Positions 54,386 to 63,173 of a stretch of DNA of 64,000 nucleotides are shown here, piece after piece. The notes beneath the pieces were generated by a model. The model had not been told where the DNA came from, made no database searches, and was given only the letters and a program-made list of their open reading frames with translations. The first letter of the stretch is position 1. Every line of letters starts with the position of its first letter. The DNA is taken from assembly GCA_016704275.1 (NCBI GenBank), contig JADJAK010000003.1:42122-106121 (forward strand), in the 5' to 3' direction. The DNA comes from Gemmatimonadota bacterium. GTDB lineage: Bacteria; Gemmatimonadota; Gemmatimonadetes; Gemmatimonadales; GWC2-71-9. Made by a program: the position numbers and the translations under genes.

Positions 54386-55510
54386 ATGCGCACCGCCCCT
54401 CTCGGAATCTCATGGTTGATGGTCACGCTCCTCGCCGCGCCTCCCGTGGTCGGCCAGGGGACTGCCCCACGCCCCGTCATCCTCACCGCCCCCACCTGCG
54501 CCACCTGCCGCGTCGAACTCACCTCGGTCGGGAAGCTCGGCGGCGACGGCGGACCGCTCGACGACGCGAAAGGATTCGGCGAGCTCAGGGCGATCAGCGA
54601 CACCCTGATCGTCGTGACTCCCGCGAAGCCGCTCGGCGTCTGGGGTGTGCACCCCTCCGGGCGGATCATCTGGCGGAGCGGGCGGCAAGGGTCCGGGCCT
54701 GGGGAGTTCCAGCGGGCCGATCGGATCGGCGTGCTCCCTGGCGACTCGATCGTGATCTGGGATCAGGAACTCGCCCGGCTGACGCTGCTGACCAAAGGCG
54801 GCCGCCTCGTCCGCAGCGAACGTGTGATCGCCGGGGTACCGATTTTCGTCCCGACCTCCGGCACCGGAGGCTTCGCGCTGGGGAGGCTCGTCAAGCCGGC
54901 GCCAGGGAGCAAGACACCGCCGCTTCCGGTGCACCGCGTGCGGCTTGACTCTGTGCTCAGCAGCTTTGGCAGCGCGAACGCCACCAAGGATCCCGGGGAT
55001 CCGTTCCGCTTCGATCGCATTGTGCTGCCGTACAAGGGCGGCGCGATCGTGATTCCGCGCGTCTATCAGCTCGCAGCTGAGATCTATGATCGTCGCGACC
55101 AGCTTACCACGCGATTCGAACGGGTCGCGAAGTGGTTCTCCCCCTATGAGAGTTATGTGGCCGGCATTCCCGACACGCCGCCAACGCCACTCGTGTACGA
55201 TGCCTGGGTCGATGACCAGGACCTGCTCTGGCTGCTGATCCAGCGCGCCGCGCCAACATGGGCACAGGCGTTCAGCAAGGAAGCGACCGCCGGGGAAGGG
55301 GGGCGCAAGGTGCGCCGCCTAGACAACCCTGGGCTCTACCTCGAAGGCGTGATCGAGGTGATCGATCTTAAGAAGCGCCAGTTGCTCGTCTCGCAACAGG
55401 TGCCCCAACAGGTCTCCTACGCGCTGGGGCGCAACATGATCGCATCAAAGCAGTCGACCCCAGATGGCGATCGCTTCCTGGTGCTGCACCGGGCAGCGTT
55501 GCGGCGGTAG
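54386..55510 (+). CDS. Secreted 6-bladed-beta-propeller-like protein (GxGPGE[YF] motif), function unknown
   Basis: The signal peptide is followed by a CATC motif. Contains QGSGPGEFQRADRIGVLPGDSIVIWD. Confidence 0.6.
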   Translation: MRTAPLGISWLMVTLLAAPPVVGQGTAPRPVILTAPTCATCRVELTSVGKLGGDGGPLDDAKGFGELRAISDTLIVVTPAKPLGVWGVHPSGRIIWRSGRQGSGPGEFQRADRIGVLPGDSIVIWDQELARLTLLTKGGRLVRSERVIAGVPIFVPTSGTGGFALGRLVKPAPGSKTPPLPVHRVRLDSVLSSFGSANATKDPGDPFRFDRIVLPYKGGAIVIPRVYQLAAEIYDRRDQLTTRFERVAKWFSPYESYVAGIPDTPPTPLVYDAWVDDQDLLWLLIQRAAPTWAQAFSKEATAGEGGRKVRRLDNPGLYLEGVIEVIDLKKRQLLVSQQVPQQVSYALGRNMIASKQSTPDGDRFLVLHRAALRR

Positions 55511-55738
55511 CAGGCGGGCAGGGCGGTCGACACTCGGTGTTGGCATTGGTCAGACCGCACTTGGTCGCATTAGTCGGTACCGCACCGCGCCGTGGATCCT
55601 GGGGATTCCTGGGCCCATCGTCCAGATCCCTTGCATGGGCGCGCATCTCGAATCACAATCCTCGGCATCCAACAGCGCCAACTACCGTTCGTTGTGACGA
55701 GCCACTCGAACACCACGGCGACGACCCGAGGAGGAGTG

Positions 55739-55966
55739 ATGGCCACCCTGGAGTTGGTCGGAGTCCCTGAATCCCTGATCGAACGACTGACCGCCCTCGC
55801 TGTCGAGAACAATCGCAGCTTGAGCGAGGAGGCTGTCGCCGCCCTCGAGCAGTGGGTGGAGACGACTGCACTCATATCGCGGCTCCGGGAGCATCGCGCG
55901 AAGCTTCATGTTCCACCGTTGACCGACGCTCAGCTTCGTCGCATGAAGAACGACGGGCGCCGCTAA
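55739..55966 (+). CDS. Ribbon-helix-helix (Arc/FitA/VapB-like) DNA-binding protein; antitoxin-like, no toxin partner seen
   Basis: ATG 55739 follows GAGGAG. MATLELVGVPESLIERLTALAVENNRSLSEEAVAALEQWV shows an RHH pattern. Confidence 0.5.
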   Translation: MATLELVGVPESLIERLTALAVENNRSLSEEAVAALEQWVETTALISRLREHRAKLHVPPLTDAQLRRMKNDGRR

Positions 55967-56035
55967 CGCCCCATCCCGCCACCCCGTGCGCTCGTTCGCG
56001 CCGTTCCCCGCACACCCACGCCGCCACCTTGCGGC

Positions 56036-56710
56036 ATGCCCACCCTCCTCGCCGATCATGACCGCCCCCGCGAACGCCTCTGGCGCCTCGGCCCCGCCGC
56101 CCTCAATGTCCGCGAACTCCTCGCCATCCTCCTCGGCACCGGCTCCGGTGAACAGGACGCGCTCGCCACCGCCGAACAGTTGTTGCACGCCGCCGATGGC
56201 GGGCTGCGCCGACTCGCAGCACGGCCCGGCGCCGAACTGATGAAGACCGCCGGCGTGGGCGAGGCGAAGGCCGCCCGCCTCCTCGCCGCGTTTGAACTCG
56301 CCGGTCGACTCGCACGCGAGGCACGCCCCGCTGCGCCACGCATCCGCGAACCGGCCGACGTTGCCCGCTTCGTTGGTGACCGACTTCGCGACCTCCCCGT
56401 CGAGGAGTTCCACCTGCTGGCGCTCGACACCCGGTCGCGCGTGCTCCGCGACGTGCTGGTCACCCGTGGACTGATTGACTCGTCGCTGGTGCATCCGCGC
56501 GAGGTCTTCCGCGCGGCGATCGCCGAGGCGGCGGCAGGGATCATCCTGGTGCACAACCATCCGAGTGGCGACCCGACGCCGTCCCCCGAGGATCGGGCGG
56601 TGACGCGGCAGCTGGTGGCGGCGGGGCAGCTGCTCGACCTGCCGGTGTATGACCATGTGATCATTGCGGGGGATCGGTTTACGAGCTTTGCGACGGCGGG
56701 ATTGCTATAG
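56036..56710 (+). CDS. radC: RadC-family (JAMM/MPN) protein
   Basis: The N-terminus is PRERLWRLGPAALNVRELLAILLGTG. Contains an HhH motif and the JAMM motif LVHNHPSGDPTPSPED. Confidence 0.9.
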   Translation: MPTLLADHDRPRERLWRLGPAALNVRELLAILLGTGSGEQDALATAEQLLHAADGGLRRLAARPGAELMKTAGVGEAKAARLLAAFELAGRLAREARPAAPRIREPADVARFVGDRLRDLPVEEFHLLALDTRSRVLRDVLVTRGLIDSSLVHPREVFRAAIAEAAAGIILVHNHPSGDPTPSPEDRAVTRQLVAAGQLLDLPVYDHVIIAGDRFTSFATAGLL

Positions 56711-56715
56711 GGGAC

Positions 56716-56754
56716 GATGATCGATGATCGATGGTCGATGATCGATGATCGATC
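56716..56754. repeat. Heptamer array E (single arm): GATGATC x2, GATGGTC, GATGATC x2, GATC
   Basis: Read directly, 5 nt after the radC stop. It matches the reverse complement of 61041-61072, except that E has one extra GATGATC unit. Confidence 0.9.
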
Positions 56755-57008
56755 GAAGGGGCGCGCGGAGTCGGGGTCGTTGACGCGAGGACCGTCCAGT
56801 CGCTCGCCGGGCGACCATCTGTCCAACGGGGCGGCGACCCACCGGCGTGCGACGTCGGACCGCAGCGTCAGCGAGCCCCGACCCGTGCGCCCCCCGGGCC
56901 CTCCGGGCCGCTGACGCCCTGGGGCCGACCTCGCACGCCGGGGCGCGCCGGCCGGTGGCGAGACCGGATGGTCACCCGGCGAACGCTGGACTCCGGCCGG
57001 CTACGCCG

Positions 57009-57146
57009 TCGCTCCGCTCAGGATGACAATCCGTTGGGGTACCGAGGACAGCGAGTTCGGAGGCCCCGCCGCCCTGCGGGGGCGGGGAGAGGCGAATCGA
57101 GAGGTCCTTCGACTGCGCCCGCTACGCGGGCTCCGCTCAGGATGAC
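57009..57146. repeat. Degenerate or partial copies of the GTCATCCTGAGCG-core element (two right halves: CGCTCCGCTCAGGATGAC at 57009-57027; GAGAGGTCCTTCGACTGCGCCCGCTACGCGGGCTCCGCTCAGGATGAC at 57099-57146)
   Basis: Read directly and aligned by eye to the right halves of cores D and F. No left half was found. Confidence 0.75.
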
Positions 57147-57191
57147 AGCTACGGTTGTTGACGCCACGCCCGGGCCCCGCCATTGTCAGGC

Positions 57192-59363
57192 ATGTCCCCG
57201 ACTCCCGCGGCCGACCTCTCCGACCTCTCGCCGGGCTTCTTCGCCACCCTGGAGAAGCACGCCGACCGGCTCGACATTGCCCTGATCGACCGCGCCCTCC
57301 GGTATTCGGCCGCCGCCCACCGGGGACAGAAGCGGATGAGCGGCGAAGACTTCGTCGAGCACTCGATCGCCGTCGCGTCGATCCTCGCCAGCCTCCTGGT
57401 CGACACCACCTCGATCTGCGCCGCGCTGCTCCACGACGTCGTCGAAGACTCCGACATCAGCACCGATGACATCGCACGCGAGTTCGGCCCCGAAGTCGCC
57501 GGCCTGGTCGATGGCCTCACCAAGATCTCCTCGCTCTCGTTCAGGTCATCCGTCGAGGAGCAGTCCGAGAACTACCGCAAGCTGCTGCTCTCGGTGGCGA
57601 AGGACGCGCGCGTCATCATCATCAAGCTCGCCGACCGCCTCCACAACATGCGGACGCTCGAGCACCTGCAGCAGGCGCGTCGCGAACGGATCGCCACCGA
57701 GACGCGCGAGATCTACGCGCCGCTGGCCCACCGCTTCGGCATGGCGAACGTCAAGGCGGAACTCGAAGACCTGGCGTTCAAGTTCCTCGAGCCCGACGAA
57801 TATCAGGCGCTCGCCGTGCAGGTCGCCGCCAAGCGCGCGCAGCGCGAGGAGATGATCGCCGGCCTCCGCACCCCGCTCGAACAGGAACTCCGCCGCGCCG
57901 GGATCCAATGGTCCGACGTCTCCGGCCGGCCGAAGCACCTCTGGTCCATTTACCAGAAGATGAAGAAGCGCGGCAAGCCGTTCGAGGAGATCTACGACCT
58001 CATGGCGATGCGCGTCACCGTCCAGACCGTCCCCGAGTGCTATCACGTCCTCGGCGTGATCCACCACCGCTGGACGCCGCTCCAGGAACGGATCAAGGAC
58101 TACATCGCGAGTCCCAAGTCGAACGGCTACCAGTCGCTGCACACCACCATCTTCGGGCCGAACGGCCAGCTGTTCGAGATCCAGATCCGCACGCAGGAGA
58201 TGCACCGCACCGCCGAGTACGGCATCGCGGCGCACTGGCTCTACAAGACGCTCAACAGCGGCGAGGAATTGGACCAGCAGCTCGGGTGGTTCCGGCAGCT
58301 GATGGAGCTCCAGCAGGAGAGCGCGTCGGCCGAGGACTTCCTCGAGTTCCTCAAGGTCGACCTCTACCACGACGAGATCTTCATCTTCACGCCGCAGGGC
58401 GACGTGAAGCAGCTGCCGAAGGGCGCCACCGCGATCGACTTCGCCTTCCACGTCCACACCGACGTCGGCTTCCGCACCCAGGGCGCCAAGGTCAACGGCC
58501 GGATCGCGCCGCTCCACCGCGAGCTCAAGAACGGCGACACCGTCGAGATCCTCACCTCGCCGCAGGCCAAGCCGTCGCGCGACTGGCTCGCGCACGTCCG
58601 CACTGGCCGAGCGCGCAGCAAGATCAAGCAGTGGATCCGGCAGGAAGAGGAGGCGGTGTCGTCGCAGCTCGGCCGCGAGATCCTCACGCGTGAGCTGAAG
58701 CGCCGCCGACTCGAGGCGCCGTCGGCCGAGGCGATGCATCAGGCGGGGATCACCCTCAACCTGATGGATGGCACCGCACTCGAGGTCTCACTCGGTCGCG
58801 GCGATCTCGCGATTGGTCAGGTGATGCGCGCGCTCTTCCCGGACCTGGCGCCCGATGCCTTGCAGGAGAAGCCGGCGACGATCTTCGGCCGCGTCGTCGA
58901 TCGTTTCCGCCTTGGCCGCGGCATCAAGATCCAGGGCGTCGACGGCCTGATGATCCGCTACGCCCAGTGCTGCCAACCGGTCCCGGGCGACGAAGTGGTG
59001 GGGTACGTCACGCAGGGCCGCGGCATCTCGATCCACCGCGCCGACTGCCCCAACCTCCTCACGCTGGGCGGCGAGGGACGCCGGGTCGAGATCGACTGGC
59101 AGGAGCAGAGCGGCGAGACCTTCGCGGTGCGGCTCGTCGTCACCGGCGAGGACCGTCGCGGCCTCTACGCCGACGTGATGCAGGCGATCTCGCAGACCGG
59201 CACCAACATTCGTGGCGCCGACCTCCACTCGAAGGACGGCTCGGTCTTCGGCACGATCTTCGTCGAAGTCGACAACCTGCCGCACCTGGCGAAGGTGCTG
59301 AAGGCGATCCGAAGGGTGAAGGGGGTCAGCACCGTCGAGAGGCGGGAGGCTCAAGGGCCGTAG
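57192..59363 (+). CDS. spoT: Bifunctional (p)ppGpp synthetase/hydrolase (RelA/SpoT homologue)
   Basis: Contains the HD domain (AHRGQKRMSGEDFVEHSI...HDVVED), the synthetase domain (YQSLHTTIFGPNGQLFEIQIRT), and TGS and ACT C-terminal regions. ATG 57192 (TTG 57183 is an alternative). Confidence 0.9.
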   Translation: MSPTPAADLSDLSPGFFATLEKHADRLDIALIDRALRYSAAAHRGQKRMSGEDFVEHSIAVASILASLLVDTTSICAALLHDVVEDSDISTDDIAREFGPEVAGLVDGLTKISSLSFRSSVEEQSENYRKLLLSVAKDARVIIIKLADRLHNMRTLEHLQQARRERIATETREIYAPLAHRFGMANVKAELEDLAFKFLEPDEYQALAVQVAAKRAQREEMIAGLRTPLEQELRRAGIQWSDVSGRPKHLWSIYQKMKKRGKPFEEIYDLMAMRVTVQTVPECYHVLGVIHHRWTPLQERIKDYIASPKSNGYQSLHTTIFGPNGQLFEIQIRTQEMHRTAEYGIAAHWLYKTLNSGEELDQQLGWFRQLMELQQESASAEDFLEFLKVDLYHDEIFIFTPQGDVKQLPKGATAIDFAFHVHTDVGFRTQGAKVNGRIAPLHRELKNGDTVEILTSPQAKPSRDWLAHVRTGRARSKIKQWIRQEEEAVSSQLGREILTRELKRRRLEAPSAEAMHQAGITLNLMDGTALEVSLGRGDLAIGQVMRALFPDLAPDALQEKPATIFGRVVDRFRLGRGIKIQGVDGLMIRYAQCCQPVPGDEVVGYVTQGRGISIHRADCPNLLTLGGEGRRVEIDWQEQSGETFAVRLVVTGEDRRGLYADVMQAISQTGTNIRGADLHSKDGSVFGTIFVEVDNLPHLAKVLKAIRRVKGVSTVERREAQGP

Positions 59364-59369
59364 GGGAAT

Positions 59370-59582
59370 GGTGAGGGGTGAGGAGTGAGGGGGAAGTTGT
59401 CATCCTGAGCGAAGCCCGCGCAGCGGGCGAAGTCGAAGGACCTCTTTCCGGTGCGCACGGTTAGAGGTCCTTCGACTGCGCAGCCCTTCGGGCTGCTACG
59501 CTCAGGATGACACCCGATGGCTCCCCTCACCCCTCACCCCTCACCTCAACACCCCTCACCTCAACACCCCTCACCTTAACAC
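59370..59582. repeat. Heptamer-zipper hairpin F with core: 3 x (G/A)GTGAGG, a 118-nt core nearly identical to core D, then 3 x CCTCACC merging into 3 x 15-nt CCCTCACCT(C/T)AACAC
   Basis: Read directly. The core is 59396-59513. The metallophosphoesterase stop (59571-59573, minus strand) lies in the right arm. Confidence 0.9.
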
Positions 59583-60512
59583 CATCCTCCGACTACTGAT
59601 CCCCGCACTCCTCCCCACCACCCCATCCGAACTCGCCGGCGGTGCCTTCACGAAGCCCCCGTCGCGGCCAGTGATCCGCAGGATCCCGTCGGCGCCGAAG
59701 TCCAGGAAGGCGAAGAGCGGATTGGTGTAGGGATGCATCCCGCCTGACCAGAAGTAGCTGGCTGAGTTGATCGTGAGGCAGGGAATGCCGTCGACGCGTT
59801 CGAGGCGATCGACGTGGAGGTGGCCGCTGAGGCAGCAGGCGACTCGGCCCCGCGGATTGGCGCGTGCCGCGGCACGGATCAGGTCAAAGATCTCGCGCTG
59901 TTCATCGGGAAGCGCGTTGTCGGCGCCGCCGATGCCGAGCGGCTGGTGCCCGATCAGGACCACGGGCTCGCGCGAGGTGCGCAGCTGCCGGTCGAGCCAG
60001 GCGAGCTGTTCGGGGTCGGCGCGATTGAGCTCGCTGCCGGCATTGAAGTAGTTCCCGTTGGCGTAGGGGAGGACCTTGCCGTCCTTTCGGAAGTTGTTCA
60101 GGTCGAGCGCCACGAATCGCCAGCCGCCGATGACGGTGGCGTGATAGCGTGATGCCATTCCCCACGCCGCCATCGCCGCCGCCTTGTCGACCTTGTCCAT
60201 GTCGTGGTTGCCGAGGACGGAGAAGCGGGGCAGCGTGATACTCCTCCACTTCGTCAGCAACTCCTCGGCGCCGGCGTCGGAGTAGCAGAAGTCGCCGAGC
60301 TGCCAGACGGCGTCGAGATCCTGGTGCTGGGCAATCGCCGCGAGGAAGGCGTCGAAGCGCGCGAGCGCATCGGGGGCGAGGCCGTGATGGAGATCGGTGA
60401 TCAGCGCGAGCCGAGCGCCGGCGCGCGGGGCTGCGCCGACGGGAAGCCGCACGGAGAGCAGCGGCACGGCGGCGCCGGCAGCGGTGAGGAAGTCGCGGCG
60501 GGAGAGCGTCAT
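59571..60512 (-). CDS. Tat-secreted metallophosphoesterase
   Basis: ATG 60512 (MTLSRRDFLTAAGAAVPLL, a twin-arginine signal). Motifs: LITDLHHG, GDFCY, LGNHDMD, GHQP, GHLH. The ORF-track extension to 61004 is a shadow extension. Confidence 0.8.
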   Translation of the reverse strand: MTLSRRDFLTAAGAAVPLLSVRLPVGAAPRAGARLALITDLHHGLAPDALARFDAFLAAIAQHQDLDAVWQLGDFCYSDAGAEELLTKWRSITLPRFSVLGNHDMDKVDKAAAMAAWGMASRYHATVIGGWRFVALDLNNFRKDGKVLPYANGNYFNAGSELNRADPEQLAWLDRQLRTSREPVVLIGHQPLGIGGADNALPDEQREIFDLIRAAARANPRGRVACCLSGHLHVDRLERVDGIPCLTINSASYFWSGGMHPYTNPLFAFLDFGADGILRITGRDGGFVKAPPASSDGVVGRSAGISSRRMVLR

Positions 60513-60537
60513 CGAGGCCTCGGGGAGGGGAACCAAC

Positions 60538-60557
60538 GCCCCGAATATATTCGGGGC
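60538..60557. promoter_or_regulatory. 20-bp perfect palindrome GCCCCGAATATATTCGGGGC in the 45-bp divergent intergenic region
   Basis: Read directly. It ends 1 nt before the EVE-gene ATG and lies 26 nt from the metallophosphoesterase ATG. The centre AATATATT is AT-only in a roughly 70% GC context. Confidence 0.5.
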
Positions 60558-60965
60558 ATGCCAACCCTCCTGCTCAAGTCCGAACCCTCCGTCTACTCCT
60601 TCGACGACCTCCTGCGCGACGGCCACGCCGTCTGGGACGGAGTCGCCAATGCGCAGGCCCTCATCGTCCTCGCCGGCGCCAAGGTCGGCGACGAGGTCCT
60701 GATCTATCACTCGAACGACGGCAAGGCGATCGTCGGCCTCGCCAAGGTCACCAAGAAGGCCTATCCCGACCCGAAGCTCGCCGACCCGAAGCGGCTGGTG
60801 ATCGAGATCGCCCCCGTGAAGGCGCTCCAGACCCCGGTCACCCTGGCCGACATCAAGGCGGTCCCGGGGCTGGCCGACCTGGCGCTGGTGAGGCAGAGTC
60901 GACTGAGCTGCATGTCCGTGAGTCGGGAACATCGATCCCTGCTGCGGGGGCTCGGAGTCCGATGA
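60558..60965 (+). CDS. EVE-domain (PUA-like) protein
   Basis: MPTLLLKSEPSVYSFDDLLRDGHAVWDGVANAQA...GDEVLIYHSN...IVGLAKVTKKAYPDP. The stop TGA 60963-60965 lies in the first heptamer of repeat G. Confidence 0.8.
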   Translation: MPTLLLKSEPSVYSFDDLLRDGHAVWDGVANAQALIVLAGAKVGDEVLIYHSNDGKAIVGLAKVTKKAYPDPKLADPKRLVIEIAPVKALQTPVTLADIKAVPGLADLALVRQSRLSCMSVSREHRSLLRGLGVR

Positions 60966-61072
60966 TCGATGATCGATGATCGATGATCGATGATCGATTC
61001 TCAACTCGCAGCACCGTCCCCATCAACCGGGCCCGGGCCCGATCGATCATCGACCATCGATCATCGATCATC
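60961..61072. repeat. Heptamer-zipper hairpin G: 5 x GATGATC, 45-nt loop, GATC + GATCATC, GACCATC, GATCATC x2
   Basis: Read directly. It has 9 GATC sites in 112 nt. The loop contains GGGCCCGGGCCC. Confidence 0.9.
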
Positions 61073-61118
61073 GGCTTCTCCCCCGAACATTCCCCGAAAC
61101 CGATGTTATATTAGTCTC

Positions 61119-63173
61119 ATGCCCGATTTCGAGGTCCAAGCCCCCTTCCAGCCTGCCGGCGACCAGCCGCGCGCCATCGCCGAGCTCACGGCGGGGCTCG
61201 TGCGGGGGGACAAATACCAGACCCTGCTGGGGGTGACCGGCAGCGGCAAAACGATGACGCTGGCGAACGTGATCGCGGCCTATCGGAAGCCGACGCTGAT
61301 CCTCTCGCACAACAAGACGCTCGCCGCGCAGCTCTACGGCGAGATGAAGCAGTTCCTCCCCGGCAACGCGGTGGAGTACTTCGTCTCGTACTACGACTAC
61401 TACCAGCCGGAAGCGTACGTCCCCTCGACCGACGTCTACATCGAGAAGGACGCCTCGATCAACCAGGACCTCGAGGCGCTGCGGCTCCGTGCCACGTCGT
61501 CGCTGATGGAGCGCGAGGACGTGGTGATCGTCTCGACCGTCTCGGCGATCTACGGCCTCGGCGACCCGGCGGCGTATCGCGCGCTGATGGTGAGCATCGG
61601 TGTCGGCGAGGAACGCGGCCGCGATGCCATCCTCACCGACCTGGTCGGCATCCAGTACCAGCGCAACGATGCCTCGTTCGAGCCCGGCACCTTCCGGGTG
61701 CGCGGCGACACCGTCGAGATCTTCCCGGCCTACGACGAGCAGGCGGTGCGGATCGAGCTGTGGGGCGACCAGGTCGAGAAGATCACCCGCTTCCACCCGA
61801 TCTCGGGCAACGCGATTGCCCAGCTCGACCGCTGCGCCATCTATCCCGCCAAGCACTTCGTGACCCAGCGACCCACGGTTGAGAAGGCCGTCGGCCTGAT
61901 CCGCGCCGAACTGCAGGGGCGGCTGCTGGAACTCCGCTCGGCAGGGAAGCTGCTCGAGGCCCAGCGGCTCGAGTCGCGCACCACCTTCGACATCGAGATG
62001 CTGCTCGAAGTCGGCACCTGCGCCGGCATCGAGAACTACTCGCGCTTCCTCTCCGGCCGCATGCCCGGCGAGCGCCCCGCCTGCCTCTTCGACTACTTCC
62101 CGCCCGAGTTCCTGGTGGTGGTCGACGAGTCGCACGTCTCGCTGTCGCAGATCAACGGAATGTTCAACGGCGACCGCGCCCGCAAGACGACGCTGGTGGA
62201 ATACGGTTTCCGCCTTCCGTCGGCACTCGACAACCGGCCGCTGATGTTCGACGAGTTCCTCGCGCTCTCGCCGCAGATCATCAACGTCTCCGCGACACCA
62301 GGCGACCTCGAGCTGAAGATGAGCGGCGGCACGATCGTCGAGCAGATCATTCGGCCCACCGGGCTGATCGACCCAGAGATCGACATCCGCCCCGTGCGCG
62401 GCCAGGTCGACGACCTCCTCGGCGAGATCCGGAAGCGCGAGGCCGCGGGCGAACGCGTCCTCGTCACCACGCTCACCAAGCGGATGTCGGAGGACCTCGC
62501 CGACTACCTGCAACAGGCCGGCGTGCGCGTCCGCTATCTCCACTCCGACATCGACGCCATCGAGCGCGTCGAGATCCTGCGCGGCCTCCGCCTCGGCGAC
62601 TTCGACGTCCTGATCGGCATCAACCTGCTCCGCGAAGGGCTCGACCTCCCCGAAGTCTCGCTGGTGGCGATTCTCGACGCCGACCAGGAGGGCTTCCTCC
62701 GCTCCGACCGCTCGCTGATCCAGACCTGTGGCCGCGCCGCACGGAACATCAACGGCCGGGCGATCCTCTACGCCGACCGCATCACCGGGTCGATGGAGCG
62801 GGCGCTCAACGAAATGAGCCGCCGCCGCGAGATCCAGCGCGCCCACAACATCGCGCACAACATCACGCCGATGGGGATCGTGAAGTCGCTCGACGAGGTG
62901 CGCCTCTCGACCCACGTCGCCGATCAGCGGAACGAGCGCACCGACCGCGCCGACACGCGTGCGGCCCGGAAGGGCGCGCCGGCCGAGCCGCTCGACCTGC
63001 ACGATCCGGCGCAGCGCGCGGTGGCGATCGCCGCGCTGGAGCAGCAGATGCGGCAGGCGGCGGCGAACCTCGAGTTTGAACTCGCGGCGATGCTGCGCGA
63101 CCAGCTCAACGACCTCCGCGCGGCGGATGCTCCCAACGTCAAGCGCAGCGGTTTCCGCGGCGGGCGGCGATGA
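61119..63173 (+). CDS. uvrB: Excinuclease ABC subunit B
   Basis: ATG 61119 ([23 protein letters not shown]). Motifs: [13 protein letters not shown], and the C-terminal UVR domain [13 protein letters not shown]. Confidence 0.95.
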   Translation: MPDFEVQAPFQPAGDQPRAIAELTAGLVRGDKYQTLLGVTGSGKTMTLANVIAAYRKPTLILSHNKTLAAQLYGEMKQFLPGNAVEYFVSYYDYYQPEAYVPSTDVYIEKDASINQDLEALRLRATSSLMEREDVVIVSTVSAIYGLGDPAAYRALMVSIGVGEERGRDAILTDLVGIQYQRNDASFEPGTFRVRGDTVEIFPAYDEQAVRIELWGDQVEKITRFHPISGNAIAQLDRCAIYPAKHFVTQRPTVEKAVGLIRAELQGRLLELRSAGKLLEAQRLESRTTFDIEMLLEVGTCAGIENYSRFLSGRMPGERPACLFDYFPPEFLVVVDESHVSLSQINGMFNGDRARKTTLVEYGFRLPSALDNRPLMFDEFLALSPQIINVSATPGDLELKMSGGTIVEQIIRPTGLIDPEIDIRPVRGQVDDLLGEIRKREAAGERVLVTTLTKRMSEDLADYLQQAGVRVRYLHSDIDAIERVEILRGLRLGDFDVLIGINLLREGLDLPEVSLVAILDADQEGFLRSDRSLIQTCGRAARNINGRAILYADRITGSMERALNEMSRRREIQRAHNIAHNITPMGIVKSLDEVRLSTHVADQRNERTDRADTRAARKGAPAEPLDLHDPAQRAVAIAALEQQMRQAAANLEFELAAMLRDQLNDLRAADAPNVKRSGFRGGRR

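Noticed and set aside
55570-55875. Possible toxin partner of the RHH gene (minus-strand ORF 55570..55875 and neighbours)
   Set aside because: It lies antisense to the RHH gene, has low-complexity composition, no RBS, and no PIN, RelE or HicA-like motifs.
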